This document shows positions 23,101 to 34,800 of a stretch of 64,000 nucleotides of DNA, one piece after another. Source of the stretch: Takakia lepidozioides (lineage: Eukaryota > Plantae > Bryophyta). Position 1 is the first letter of the stretch; the number at the start of each line of letters is the position of its first letter. The stretch covers positions 67,580,001 to 67,644,000 of the forward strand of contig CM060731.1 in NCBI GenBank assembly GCA_030704615.1, in the 5' to 3' direction. A model generated the notes under the pieces. The model searched no databases. It had not been told where the DNA came from and saw nothing but the letters and a program-made list of their open reading frames with translations. The position numbers and the translations under genes were made by a program.

Positions 23101-23292
23101 TCTGGCTACACAAAGTCCAACCGACATAGTTTTCCTGGGTTACTGTGAAGGTTTTCTGCAGTGTAGTACATTTCGAAAGACCTCACTTGGCCATTGTTCT
23201 TTTGCAGAGAAGGGCTGGAGAAGTTGAAATCGGACCTGCGCGACAGTATTGATAAAGGCATCAGTTTTGTACAAAAATCAAAGTCTTTGTAG
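20163..23292 (+). CDS. PMDH: Peroxisomal/glyoxysomal NAD-malate dehydrogenase, 9 exons
   Basis: Exons 20163-20255, 20344-20559, 20679-20993, 21832-21921, 22125-22208, 22469-22504, 22660-22749, 22951-23045, 23208-23292, all GT-AG. Motifs [59 protein letters not shown]-terminal PTS2-like RLARIASHM. Confidence 0.95.
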
Positions 23293-24154
23293 TGTGCCAA
23301 AAACAATTTATGGATGGCAGCCATACCTGTAAAGTATGGCTATTTTCATCAGCATGTGGGGAATTTGACATGTCGACAAGAGGGTTTGGCTAGTGGTGAA
23401 TGTCAGTGTAATTTGATGGCTCAAGTTATCGTATTCAACAGGCACATTAAAATGTCCGGATTACAACGGTCAAGCTTTGGAATCTGATATTTGGCTGGAA
23501 ATCCTCAAATGGTCCCAGTACTGAGGTCCATATCAGGATTAAGATTCACTACAGATGCAAACAGTGGCATCAATGTATTCTCTACATTGTGAATTGTTAT
23601 GGCAGGGAGTGTTGGCTAGCATCCCACAGCTGTAGTGTGCAGCCGTGTGTCACTCTTTTAGTGTGTCTCTCTTTTAGTCACAAGGCAGCTTGCAACAAAT
23701 GTATTCTTTACAGCCAAGGACCTAAAGCATAGTAAGAATGATCTGCACAACTGAACAAATGAGTAGACAAAAAACATGTATAAAACATCCAAGGTGATCA
23801 ATCTTTTGGCTGGCATGCTTCTTAAGAGAAGGATAAGGATATCACTAGTTTCTCTCAAAGTCATTTCTGCGTATTCTGTTGTCTGCACAACTTAATCCCC
23901 TAAATGTGTCGTTTTCTATCCAATTTATCAATACGAATGAGCCTCTGTGCATCAGAAAAAGCTGGGCATGTGAGGGAAGGTCAGATATAGAGTCCAGTCT
24001 TTGTTGCTTTTGTGGTTTTACCCTGGCCTTGCGAGGATATGGTTTGATAACCCTCCTTCTGAAGGTCGTCAGATCCTTCCTTTCTTCAAGAACGATCTCA
24101 TAATGAATAGAGCAGAACAACCCCACTTGCACCCCACTTGCACCCCACTCATCT

Positions 24155-24220
24155 GTCCAAGTAATTAGGCGGAGCGAGAACGGATTTGTTCTTGTTCTCG
24201 CTCCGCCTAATTACTTGGAC
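24155..24220. repeat. Perfect inverted repeat, 27-bp arms, 12-nt loop
   Basis: gtccaagtaattaggcggagcgagaac - ggatttgttctt - gttctcgctccgcctaattacttggac, preceded by about 3 copies of the 11-mer accccacttgc. Confidence 0.9.
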
Positions 24221-25659
24221 TACAACCATATTAGAACTGTGACAACTTCCAACTGCCTCAGTAGAGACGAGTGCAAGCTTTCAATAAAATCTCTATCTGC
24301 GTTTGCCGTTTCTTCAAGGGAGGTGTGACTTACATTGCAATCATACCCAAATTGTCATCATCTCTGTTGGATTCTACAGTAGCGTTTCTGGATTGTATGC
24401 TTTTTCAGTAGATTATACCCGTACTCAATTCTTTGTAATTGCATTGCCAATTGGCTGTGCACGATCTTGCGAGTTTCTATACCCCGGTTGGTAGAAACCC
24501 AACAACTGGCTCTGCGAGGCTTCCTGTTAGGCACGCTATGCCCTCACATGAACAGGTAAAATTCTTTTCTTATCACCCCAGAGAAGCTAAGGCCGCAAAG
24601 CATATAAGTCACCAATGAATCTCTCTCTCACTCACTGAACCCGAAAAACGACATCTACTAAAATTATCATGGTGGCTTGGGGGGCTTTGCTCTTAGGCTC
24701 GCACGCAGGAGAGCGGCAGGGCGAGCTACCATCCCTGGGCATTGTGAGAATTGAACCCCAAGTCTGCGCTCGCTCTCTGGCATACTGAACACAATCCCCA
24801 CTTGTCTTACACGAATCTCCTTGGACTGGCCACCCATTGCATTGTGGATGATAGGGGTCGAGTAATAGATTGATGCACACCCATGTTATGGGCAGAGGAG
24901 AGAGGAGGAGGCGAGGCGCCACAAAGGCTGCCCACAAGGCTCATCCTCATCCTCTGCCCACAAGGCTGTCCGCCATCGCTCTCCGCCATCACATATTTCC
25001 CCTATGTACACTGCTAAACAAACTGATAGGCCTATGGAACGAGCTTTAAAGTCTTTCAAAGTATGGCCCTTATTGCGCACCATCTTTCCGTGCCCACACA
25101 ATATACTTTGGTCTATCGCTGGTAGCATGCATCATCCTCAAAGAATGTGGGCCTTCAGAGTAACTGCATCAAATCCCATTTCCAGAAAGATAGGTGTGAG
25201 ACTCAAGTTTAACAGAAGATGCTGATCCAGGGAATGCTCGATGCTAGACTCCATAAGTTCTACAGCGGTTGCATCCTTGTTAGACATACTGTTGAATTCC
25301 TTATATGGGTTGTGGTGAAGCAAGAGCGGACCTTTCCTGCTGGGTGGAAATCATCCATGTGGCACAAAAAATGTAGAGCCATCTCATGCAGACGCTTGGA
25401 GGTAATTACTAGAGATGCTGGTCATTGAGGACGGGGATGTGGCAGGCAATGTTCCCATTAGCAGAACCACGAGGAACGAGGGAGTGCCAAAAGGATCTTC
25501 AAAATTTTGAAAAATGGTGGAACGTGGTAAACATTATGTACTACAAGAGCAGTAAACCAGAGGTGGAGGTGGAGGTGGGTTAACTGGGGTTTAGAGAGAG
25601 GGAGGGTTTTAGCGATGGCGGCAGGCGTCGCTGTGTGCAGGCAGAAGTGATTGATAGCT

Positions 25660-28600
25660 ATGGAGTCCGTGCGGGCCTCGTGTCTGTGGGTGGCCTGCCA
25701 TGCTTCCCATGTCGCCATTGACCCTGCTGGTATGTATGGCAGTATGTGTCCTTGCTTCTCTGCCATTTCTGTTACAACCAACTTAGTATGATGTGCGCAA
25801 CTGAATCGAATTTTTTAAGTAATTACTAGCGCTACTGTGGAGACGTGGTTGGAAGGAGGACGACGGTTCACCTCCGTTTTATGGCCTCTCCCTGTGGGTT
25901 TTGTCGTATCTGTCGTTATGTGAATAAACCAAGGCATTGGCTTGACTGAGGAAAAACGCCAATGTGAGCCGTGTTTGTCTAGTGCAACTCTCCGTTACGA
26001 GCATCCGTAGAGTTGGTGATAAATTCTGTATTTCTAGGAAGACAGAGCTTTCATTTCTTTCGAATGGGTTTTTCTTGCTGTCATCATTCTTCAGCTACGT
26101 GACATGGGCGAAATTGTTTGTCTGCAAGTTGTGCCAAAGGTTTGTAAAAGGTTGAAGGGAGCAAAACTTTGGGTTGTTGCTGGCTCCAGGCATTGAAAGG
26201 CTGGTGGAGCGTATAGATGGCAAGTTGCCAACAGTAAGCTGGGACTTCGAGGGCATACACTACTTTGATAATGGCCCCCTTACTGCGCAGTACCTTCTGG
26301 TGTTGGACACTCTCAACTTCTGCTTTTGGCCTGGTATGTAGAGCTGAACCGTCCATCTCCTCATCTTTCTTGGTAGGTCCTGATATTATTAAAGAAGTTT
26401 GGGGTTGAAAACACGGCTATAATTGAAACAATAGTGATTGGATTACCACTTTACAGTACATAGTGAGAGACTGGGAATTTGACATGTCCTTAAGACCACA
26501 GAAACATACAAATTTAACTCTTTTATGTATGTGCAATTGTTAGCGAGGAAAGTAGTCCAAAGAATGGTTGGTGCATCTTGTTCCTTATCTGCACTTGTTC
26601 TTCTGTGGATATTTGGAGGACCTGGGTGCTAGTTGTTGGCAGGATGTTGTCTCTATCTTGGTAGGTGTGGTAGCAGGTTTCTTATTCATGGTTTATTTGC
26701 AGATGAGGAGCTGCAGTATGATCATTTGGCGGCTGGTCTCAGAAGAGCTCTTAAGGCTGACCCCATGGTCTTTGATGCCCAACGGTTGAAGACCTGCACA
26801 GGTTCTTTCCACACCATGACATCAGATCTGCCCAACGTGGGGTTTAGGGCTTAACAGTCATTGATTGGTCCAGAGCATGTAGTTATACTGCAGGGGGTAT
26901 TGGAAATCACCTACATTGTACTAAGGATGATCTACCATGATAGTATGCAGGGCTTATGCTGCGGGAGATGCTTCAGTGGCCTCGACCTCTTCCCTTGGAG
27001 GATGAGCGTGCTCGTCTGCTTTGCGAGGTACACACATTATTTGAGTGTGTTGAGTAATGCTACTGAACCAATTAGGAGTTTGGAGAAAGAATGTGTTCTG
27101 TTCATCCTGTTCCTACAATAAACTTCCAAGTCCTCTGCTGTTTGAATGCCTATGTTCTAGAGTGAGGTGGTGGATTATGAAAGGAAGACTATCACAGCTT
27201 GTCGTAGATCCTCTCAAAATCATACCTCAATATTTCAATGTCCAATAAGTTAGTGCTCATGAGTTATAGAAGAATTTCTTCCTAATCTGTTTGTAAGACT
27301 AGGCCTCTGCTCTGAGAAACCGCCTTATATTGGTTTGGCTGTGTTAGGTGGGTACAGAGTTGGAGCAGAGTTTTGATGGTCAAGCGGCCAACCTGGTAAT
27401 GGCTGCAAAGGGATCAGCTGTTGCACTTGTGGAGCTTGTGACTCGCCATTTCCCGGGTACAAACCTGATGCTTTTGCTTGCCTAATAAGTTGTTAGTATC
27501 TTTGATGGTCCTGGTAAGCTTTTCAGATGGAGGTCAAGAACATCAAAGTGAAGTGTGAATGGTGTGTTAATTTGTGTTCTGCTCACTTATGGTAGCATTG
27601 ACTGCTTGGGCTGCATGGGTGAAGCATTGCCCCTTAGGCAAGCAAAATGTAGCTTCAGCAGTTAACCATGCAATGTACCTTGATTGGCTAGAGGCCTCAC
27701 ACCTTGCTCGGCTTTCAGGTTTCTAATTCAAGGAGTCGAACTTCTCAAGGCGGTAATTATGGGAGAATTCCTCTAGCAGCTCTTTTAATACTATCTAGGC
27801 CTAGATTCCCAGTGTTTATTGCACTTACGACGTTCTTCGTGTTCATGTTCTGGCAGGTTTCCGCGATCACTGTGTTTACAAAGGTCACCAAGTGTTTCTA
27901 TATAAACGTGCACAAATCTTCGTGGCTGATTTATGGGGTGCTTTCAAAGGGACTGGTCTAGGGGCATTCAGGGACATAGCACGCATCACCATGTTTGCAG
28001 ACTATGTAGTGCCTGCAGTACTTCGGCACTGGGGAATTCTCACGTGTAGCCAGTCACTGGCAAGGGTGGTTGATGGTCTGCAGGAGCTTCCTCCTGGTTC
28101 TGAAGAAGAGGTGGAGATTCGGGCCTGCACCATCACTGCCGTGGAGAGATTGCGCGAGTACCTTTCTGCTCGAACTGGGAAGGAGGTAATTTAAAGATTT
28201 TATTTATTGGGTTGTACAGAGGGCCGTACAGTACTTATCAGCTGTATCTTGGAGGCAGATTATCTTGGACCCAGCTGCCAGCGATGTAAAGTGGAAGGAA
28301 AGTTTCTAAGAGTCCCATCAGAAAGGTCATTTCTTAAGGGGGACGTTTTTCACAAATAGCACTCTTTGGGAGTCATTTGCAGGGAGGAATAATATAAAAT
28401 TCAATGTAGCATATCCTGGAGATGGTCAATGTTTACTTGTGTTCACGATTGGTCTGCTTGAAGATAGGATTTTTGCCAATATGTACACACACTAAGGGAA
28501 TGAGAACATCATTTCTTCTGATCTATTGCCCACTATGAAATTGAGCAGATGTTGGGTGTCTGTTTATCCACTTTTGGCTCCCAGAGGATTGGGGTTTGAT

Positions 28601-28797
28601 TTGTTCTTGGTTTCATCGTTGTGCTGTGTCTCCTCTCTGCCTTTTGGCCTCATGGTTTGACAGAGGATGAATAGAATCTGTGCTGGCTTCCGCAGGTTCT
28701 GAGCGTCCAAGTGGATTGGTGGCTTTGGTCATCTGGCATCGCAAGTGCATCAGAGAAAGTTCCACCATACCATCGCACACAGACCATCTACTACTGA
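25660..28797 (+). CDS. QNG1: Queuosine salvage protein (DUF2419, queuosine 5'-monophosphate N-glycosylase), 7 exons
   Basis: Exons 25660-25729, 26190-26333, 26703-26801, 26951-27027, 27348-27456, 27857-28185, 28696-28797. Motifs LDTLNFCFWP, FPGFRDH, FLYKRAQIFVADLW, TMFADY, EEVEIRA, DWWLW, HRTQTIYY*. Confidence 0.93.
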
Positions 28798-29563
28798 CTA
28801 CACCAAAGTTGACGGTGAGCTGTCAAGAAGCTTGTGGCGAGGGCCTCCGAATCAATTGTGGAAGGGCTCAATAGTTTCAATGGGCAGTATTTGTAGGGAT
28901 TTTTACAGGTCTTATCTGCTGGAAGACCATTGGCTGCTCTTGTGGCTTGTGTATGCAGGTTCATTAACTTCATGGACACTGTGCGCACCAATTTTGATAC
29001 CATGTCATGACAGGACATCATCATAAGACCCTGATTGATTGACCTCATTTCGTGAAATTGCAGATACATTCTTGATTTAATAGGTGCCAAAAGGCATCGG
29101 GCTTTAAAGCTACTGAATGTTCTGAATAGTTCGTAGTGTGGATGTAGAGCTCTGGATGTTTTCTCAAATTAGTCATCGAGATCTTTGAGCAGCGATTCTT
29201 TCATACTGAAGTCAGGAGTACTGTGGCCATCAGGCTAGATTCTTTTGTAGAGGGAAGCTTCTTGATGTGTCAATGCTATCTATGGCACTAGGACATATAG
29301 CTGTAAAACACATTCACAATGCTTGCAAGAATGGATCTCTATATTGTGGCCCATTAGTGATCTCTCTTTTAATGACAAGGCTCTGGTAAACAACAGCTTG
29401 TGAATACATTCTTTTGACAACAGGCTGAGTTCTTCCATCTTTGAGATCCTCAGCTGCCGCAATCTGTCAACAACCATTATAGCCTCTTTCCATCACATGG
29501 AGGTGATTGCGTGCATCACAAGGAAACTTCCCAGTGTTAAGAGAGCTGGAAGAACCTAAAGAC

Positions 29564-30487
29564 TCATGTAGAATTGGTTTTCATAGAACCAACTCGCCTT
29601 TTCAGCTCAAACACAAGTGGCTGAATACTTTTATCAGGTTTTAAAGCCTTCAAGACATCAGCTGTGTCTGGCCCAAAGTCAGTCATCCGTGCACCCCAGT
29701 AGTGGTTCAACCGCATAACATTGGGAGAAATGTTCTGAGTCTTTCCCACCAGCATCGGAAATCTGTGGGGATTACTGTCAAGAACCCCTGCGCAGAGCTC
29801 CACCCGGATGATGGGTTTAAGCCGCCAAAGGGATTCTGGTGTGTTCTTATATTGCTTTCGACGCTGATATTTCTCAATCATCCACCCATTTAACAGATCA
29901 CCTCGCGGGTTTCCTTCAAAGAAAACGCAAGACAACAGCATTTGCGAGACATCAGGTCGGTCATCGTCAAACTTGCTGACCAATCTGTCAAGGAACCCAG
30001 GCCTCAAATCTGATGGAGAGAATGGATATTCATCAATATCAATAACAACTAACCATTTCGTGCGTGCACGATAATGTGCCATGAAGTGCCTGTAGGAATT
30101 GTCTTGCTCAAAGTGATAGCCAGATCTTTCATGTCCTGGGAACAGATGGTGGAAGCGGTGATATGTGAGACTACCTGCAAGTACATAGCTCTTGATTTGC
30201 AGCTCCTGAGATTCATCGTTGCCATGGGCTGCATCATACCAGAATATGTGCTCCACACCAGCATAAAGCATGTACTCGATCCATTGCTTGCATTCAAAGG
30301 CAGTTACTTTAAATCGGTCCTCTTTATAGACTCTGTTACAGATCAATGCTCCAATGTGGTAGGGCGTGGATTCGTTGGGCCTGTTGGCTGCTGACGTAAG
30401 TCCTCGTTGGAGCATATAGTGTAGCTCGAATAAGCTCACCAGACCCAACAGGTAGAGCAGCGACATGCTCAGATGAGTACATCGCAT
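29564..30487 (-). CDS. Intronless GT92/DUF23-like GT-A glycosyltransferase, type II membrane protein (307 aa)
   Basis: N-terminal hydrophobic anchor, then QWIEYMLYAGVEHIFWYD, Q..SY..F....R..TKWLVVIDIDEY (DxD motif), K.II, NPH and LNHYW, in the order expected for Glyco_transf_92/Glyco_tranf_2_4. Single uninterrupted ORF. Confidence 0.8.
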   Translation of the reverse strand: MRCTHLSMSLLYLLGLVSLFELHYMLQRGLTSAANRPNESTPYHIGALICNRVYKEDRFKVTAFECKQWIEYMLYAGVEHIFWYDAAHGNDESQELQIKSYVLAGSLTYHRFHHLFPGHERSGYHFEQDNSYRHFMAHYRARTKWLVVIDIDEYPFSPSDLRPGFLDRLVSKFDDDRPDVSQMLLSCVFFEGNPRGDLLNGWMIEKYQRRKQYKNTPESLWRLKPIIRVELCAGVLDSNPHRFPMLVGKTQNISPNVMRLNHYWGARMTDFGPDTADVLKALKPDKSIQPLVFELKRRVGSMKTNST

Positions 30488-30560
30488 GCTGGTTAGTGTG
30501 AGCCTGTATCGTTAAAGAACTTCACCGAACCACACAAAATTTGAGAAATCTTTTGGCTGT

Positions 30561-30874
30561 GACCTAGGCACATCTTTGACTCTTATTCTATCAGCCGGCT
30601 TTCTTAATCTGTACAATCACTTTGGCCATTCCGTCTGACGCTTGTATTGTGATGACATGACACCTGGCACATCTTTGACTCTTATTCTATCAGCCGGCTT
30701 TCTTAATCTGTACAATCACTTTGGCCATTCCGTCTGACGCTTGTATTGTGATGACATGACACCTGGCACATCTTTGACTCTTATTCTATCAGCCGGCTCA
30801 TCCACCGTTCTTAATCTGTACAATCACTTTGGCCATTCCGTCTGACGCTTGTATTGTGATGACATGACACCTAA
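30561..30874. repeat. Tandem triplication, 99-bp unit, near-identical copies
   Basis: ggcacatctttgactcttattc starts at 30567, 30666 and 30765. The third unit has a short extra segment (catccaccg). Confidence 0.95.
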
Positions 30875-31877
30875 GCCAGTAATTCTCCTTCCTCGTCTGT
30901 TCGATTTTTAGCTCTCCTGGACTGGTTTCTCCTTCTCTCCCGACCCACAACAAAACAAACCTGAAGACCTTGCATGCACAGCCCGGTAGTGAGTCAATTC
31001 CTTTCCTAAGAAAAACCCCACAGCACACAACCATAAACCAAAGCAAATAGCTCTGGATATATAGCAATAATCCCACAGAGGAGGCCAGTCGTTTGAAACG
31101 GACGGGGAGGTGAGAGATTACTATTCATTTGGAAGGTTGCTGCGGTCGTTGAATGGAGGGTTGTGACTCCCTGTAGTTGCCCTTTAGACTTCCAATAGAC
31201 AGCTACCCAACAGCTCCCTGTAGGCGTCCCTGGGTTCAAATCATATGTAGCAAGCGAAATTGGGTGAGCCAAGTCTTGCGAGAATCAGACAACAAATCGC
31301 CTACATAGTTCGTCATTCAGCTGAGACTGTGCTATGGCTCCTGCCTCCATTGGCTCACTATTTTCTAATAAGGCACTGCGACCGCTATTCCGTGAGTTGG
31401 GTCTTCTTTTGCTGCAAAGTTATCTGGAAGCCATCTTTCACAGATGAAACAGATATGGCAATGTCATCTGTGTACAACCAAAGAAGGCTCTTCCATGCCA
31501 TCTCTGTGACACTTCTCGAGATCCTCACTTTGATCCATTCTGCAGTGGATGAGTAGGAGCTCAATGTTGAGTAGGTAGGGTCTCAAGTTCCAATGTTTTT
31601 CTCTCGACTTGTTTTTCGTGTTTTCTTTGGCTAACCGTCATTTTGGAGGTTTAAGCGGGATGTCCGTTGTAGTGTCCCGCGCACTGTTTACACAAACCCA
31701 CACAACAGTGTAGAGTGTGTGTCTGCGCTTTTCGGTTGCATTCCTTCTCTCTGTGGAAGACAGAATGCTCACGGGTTGAGCAATCGCGCTGCTGATTGGG
31801 TTTATCTTCTAGTTGGTGACATTGCGAGCATTCAATGCATTCCAGTCATCTTGTATTTTGTGTGTTGCAAGGTCAAC

Positions 31878-34800
31878 ATGCATTCCCGCCTCAACCTGCA
31901 CGACCTCTTCTCCTCCCGCATCCCCTGCTCAGCATCATCCGTGCTCTTCCCCACCCTGGTTGAGAAACATGGTCAAATGCTCCCACGAGACGGAAATGCA
32001 GATGAGACAGTCGCCTCTGCTTTACACCGTACAGGTTTGGACACTCAAGTCAGAGACCGGGAAGACGTTCTTGGTCGGAGGGTTCACGGTAGCCCAGGCA
32101 AGCGAAAAAGAGGGGCTCTTGGGGCCTCATCGTCTGTGAAGAAACAAAGGAGTGGATTGGAACTGCTTCAAGTTTCGAGAGAGCCAAGGTTCCTTGTTGG
32201 ACGCCTGCAGTTATGCAACCGAAGTGCAAATCCTCAGCTACAGGCCTGTCCCATCACAGTTGATTGCTTGACCTTCACTGATGAAACGGCCAGTGTTTGC
32301 TGCACTGTAGCTAGTCTTGATCCTCGGATGCTAGGTCAGCTCGTGCAGGTGAGTTCTCCTGATTCAAGCCCACACTGTTGAATGGAGGTCATGTACTGAG
32401 TTCTTTCTTTAAGGGGGGCTTCTCGCGGGCGTTTGAATTTTTCTTTCTGCAGTAATTCGGTTAAATCAGAAAGCATTTGTGCACTCGATGTGTTCGTTAT
32501 CTTCACCTTGTCCATATTCATTCCCACCAGACCACAACGAACTTGAGGGTGGTGCAGTTGGACGGCAGCGACAACTCCCTCGTCATGCCCCAACAGTTCA
32601 CGCCCTTCACGCCCTTAACTTTCCCATTATGCTTGAGATTTGATTGAATTTGCTAGTTTTGATGAGTGGGAACTTCGTGGAGTTTGGGTAAGGTCAAAGA
32701 GATATAAGAGATATATCGTCGAGGGTCGAGGTGCACTATAGTTGACGTACTAAAACAGCCAACTCCTTCGCCAAAGATTCCAAATCTACAGATGTAGCCC
32801 ACCATTCAAGGAGCAAGTCAGACCTTTTCCAATCAATAAATGTTCAAACCTTGGTATATAACTGCACACGAGCTTCAGTGAGCATTTGGAGCAGCCTCCC
32901 CAAATAGCGGTAAGGAGTCTAAATGGCGGATGTGACCATCAACCTGTCAATACTGCAGACTCTGGGAAGAACAGCGAATAAAATAGTCAACAATTGTTTG
33001 ACATAGAAGAGGACATGGTGATGGAAACCTACATTACCAAAATCGAAGGTATGGAATCCAATCTTTGACTTACCCAGGAACATACAGCTCTTGTGCTACT
33101 CTGAGGAGGAAGGACTGACCCTCAATACACCCATGATGCAGGTGGATTCTTGGACTTTCCTACCAGTAACCTCTTGTTCTTCGCATGGTGGAGCGCGTAC
33201 TCCAGAGGGCTGCTGCACTGCAAATGCAGGTGCAAAAGCATCAGACCAGGCAGCCTTATTATACTTGGCCAGCCTCAAAAGTGGCAGTAAAAAAACCTTC
33301 AAGCATGTCAACTCAGTATTGGGCAGTTTTGATTGCAGTGGGGGGACCTTGAATGCAGGGGGATGCCTGGAAATTCGCAATCTGAAGTTGTTGGCAGGAT
33401 CCTCTGCACCTTCTATGCAGGTCAGGGATCTTTGCAAATTCGTTATTTTATCAGAAAACCAGAGTGGCAAGACTGGCTTATATAGCACTGGTGATTTGTC
33501 AAAGAAGGTAGTGCTTGTAAGATTAATTGGACCTATTCAGATTTAAGAAACTAACACTCGATGGTGTGTGACATTGCCATGTTGTTGTGGGGCAGATGCC
33601 GAACTTCCCTGCACTGTGTCTCAGTCCTGCAGCTGCAGACATCCGTAATCATACCCTGGAAAGCCCTTTAATTAAAAAAGGAGCAGGCAAGCCACGATTG
33701 CGGTTATCTGGGTTGCTCGACTGCATGAGCCCTCCATTTGTACTTCCATGCAATGAGCCATCCAGAAGGGCTGCAGCTGGTGAAGGTGTTTCTTGCAATG
33801 GTCCACAGAAGTCCCTCTTCAGAGATGAGGGCAGCAGTGGAAAGCGATTTGGGAGTCAAAATATGCTGGGATTTTTTGTGGAGCTATGGGTGTGTCCTCA
33901 TAGCCCTAGCTGTGACTTCGATGGTGATGCTAACAGACATCAATGCCATCTGTTAAAAATTCCATCTGTTGCCCACGTTGTTGATCGACAGGACAAAGAG
34001 ATTGCACAGGTTTACTTCTCTGGTTCAGTGGCTGCTTGGCGTCCCATGCTGTCCCAGGCTCTTGGGAAGTATGTTGCCATCACTGGGCTTCGGAAGAAGG
34101 TGATTTTGGTAGGGCCTGAGAGAAAGCAATACTCCATCTTCGTTGCAACACGGATTAGCATGGTTTCCATGTTGTGCGCTCCAGAGCTTGGTATGTATGA
34201 GGACCAGATGGAGAGCAGTGGCTGTTGCAGGACACACAGTTTTCATCAAGCTGAGAAGAAAGAGGATGGTCTGACTGTAAGGAGAAGTGGGAGGAATTTG
34301 AGCTACCAGCTGTTGGAACCATTCTCTAAGGAGTTATGGGGCTCCAAAGAAGGTAGTGACTTGAGAGCATTTAGCGGTGCTTGTGTTGATAATGATTGTG
34401 TGACTACTAGGCATTGCAATTCCCTGGTGACCTGGAGCACGGCTCTCATAGGAACACAAGGCTGTATGAAGCATGGAGGTAGAAAGTTAGGGCTTGTGGT
34501 TTGTAATCCCCCTGGAATAAATGTCCTCGGAGTGAAGAAGAGGTATGCATTTTGGCCATCTAGTGACCTTCCTCAGAGGGTCATGAAAATCTGACGGGTA
34601 AATTTCCCCTGGCAAAAAGGTGCCATATGTTCGGTTTTCATGATGTCAGTACAAATCACCAGTTGCTGCTCTATGCCAGGCAATTTCTGACTACTGTGTA
34701 TCTTAGAAGGATGTTCACAGGTGCAAGCATTGGGTCGTATGTCGGAATTGTGACTGGAATCCATATGCAAGGGCAGTTAGTGGAGCTTGACAAACGTGTG

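Noticed and set aside
31220-31250. B-box-like ggttcaaatc
   Set aside because: No T-stem pairing, A-box, tail or TSD.
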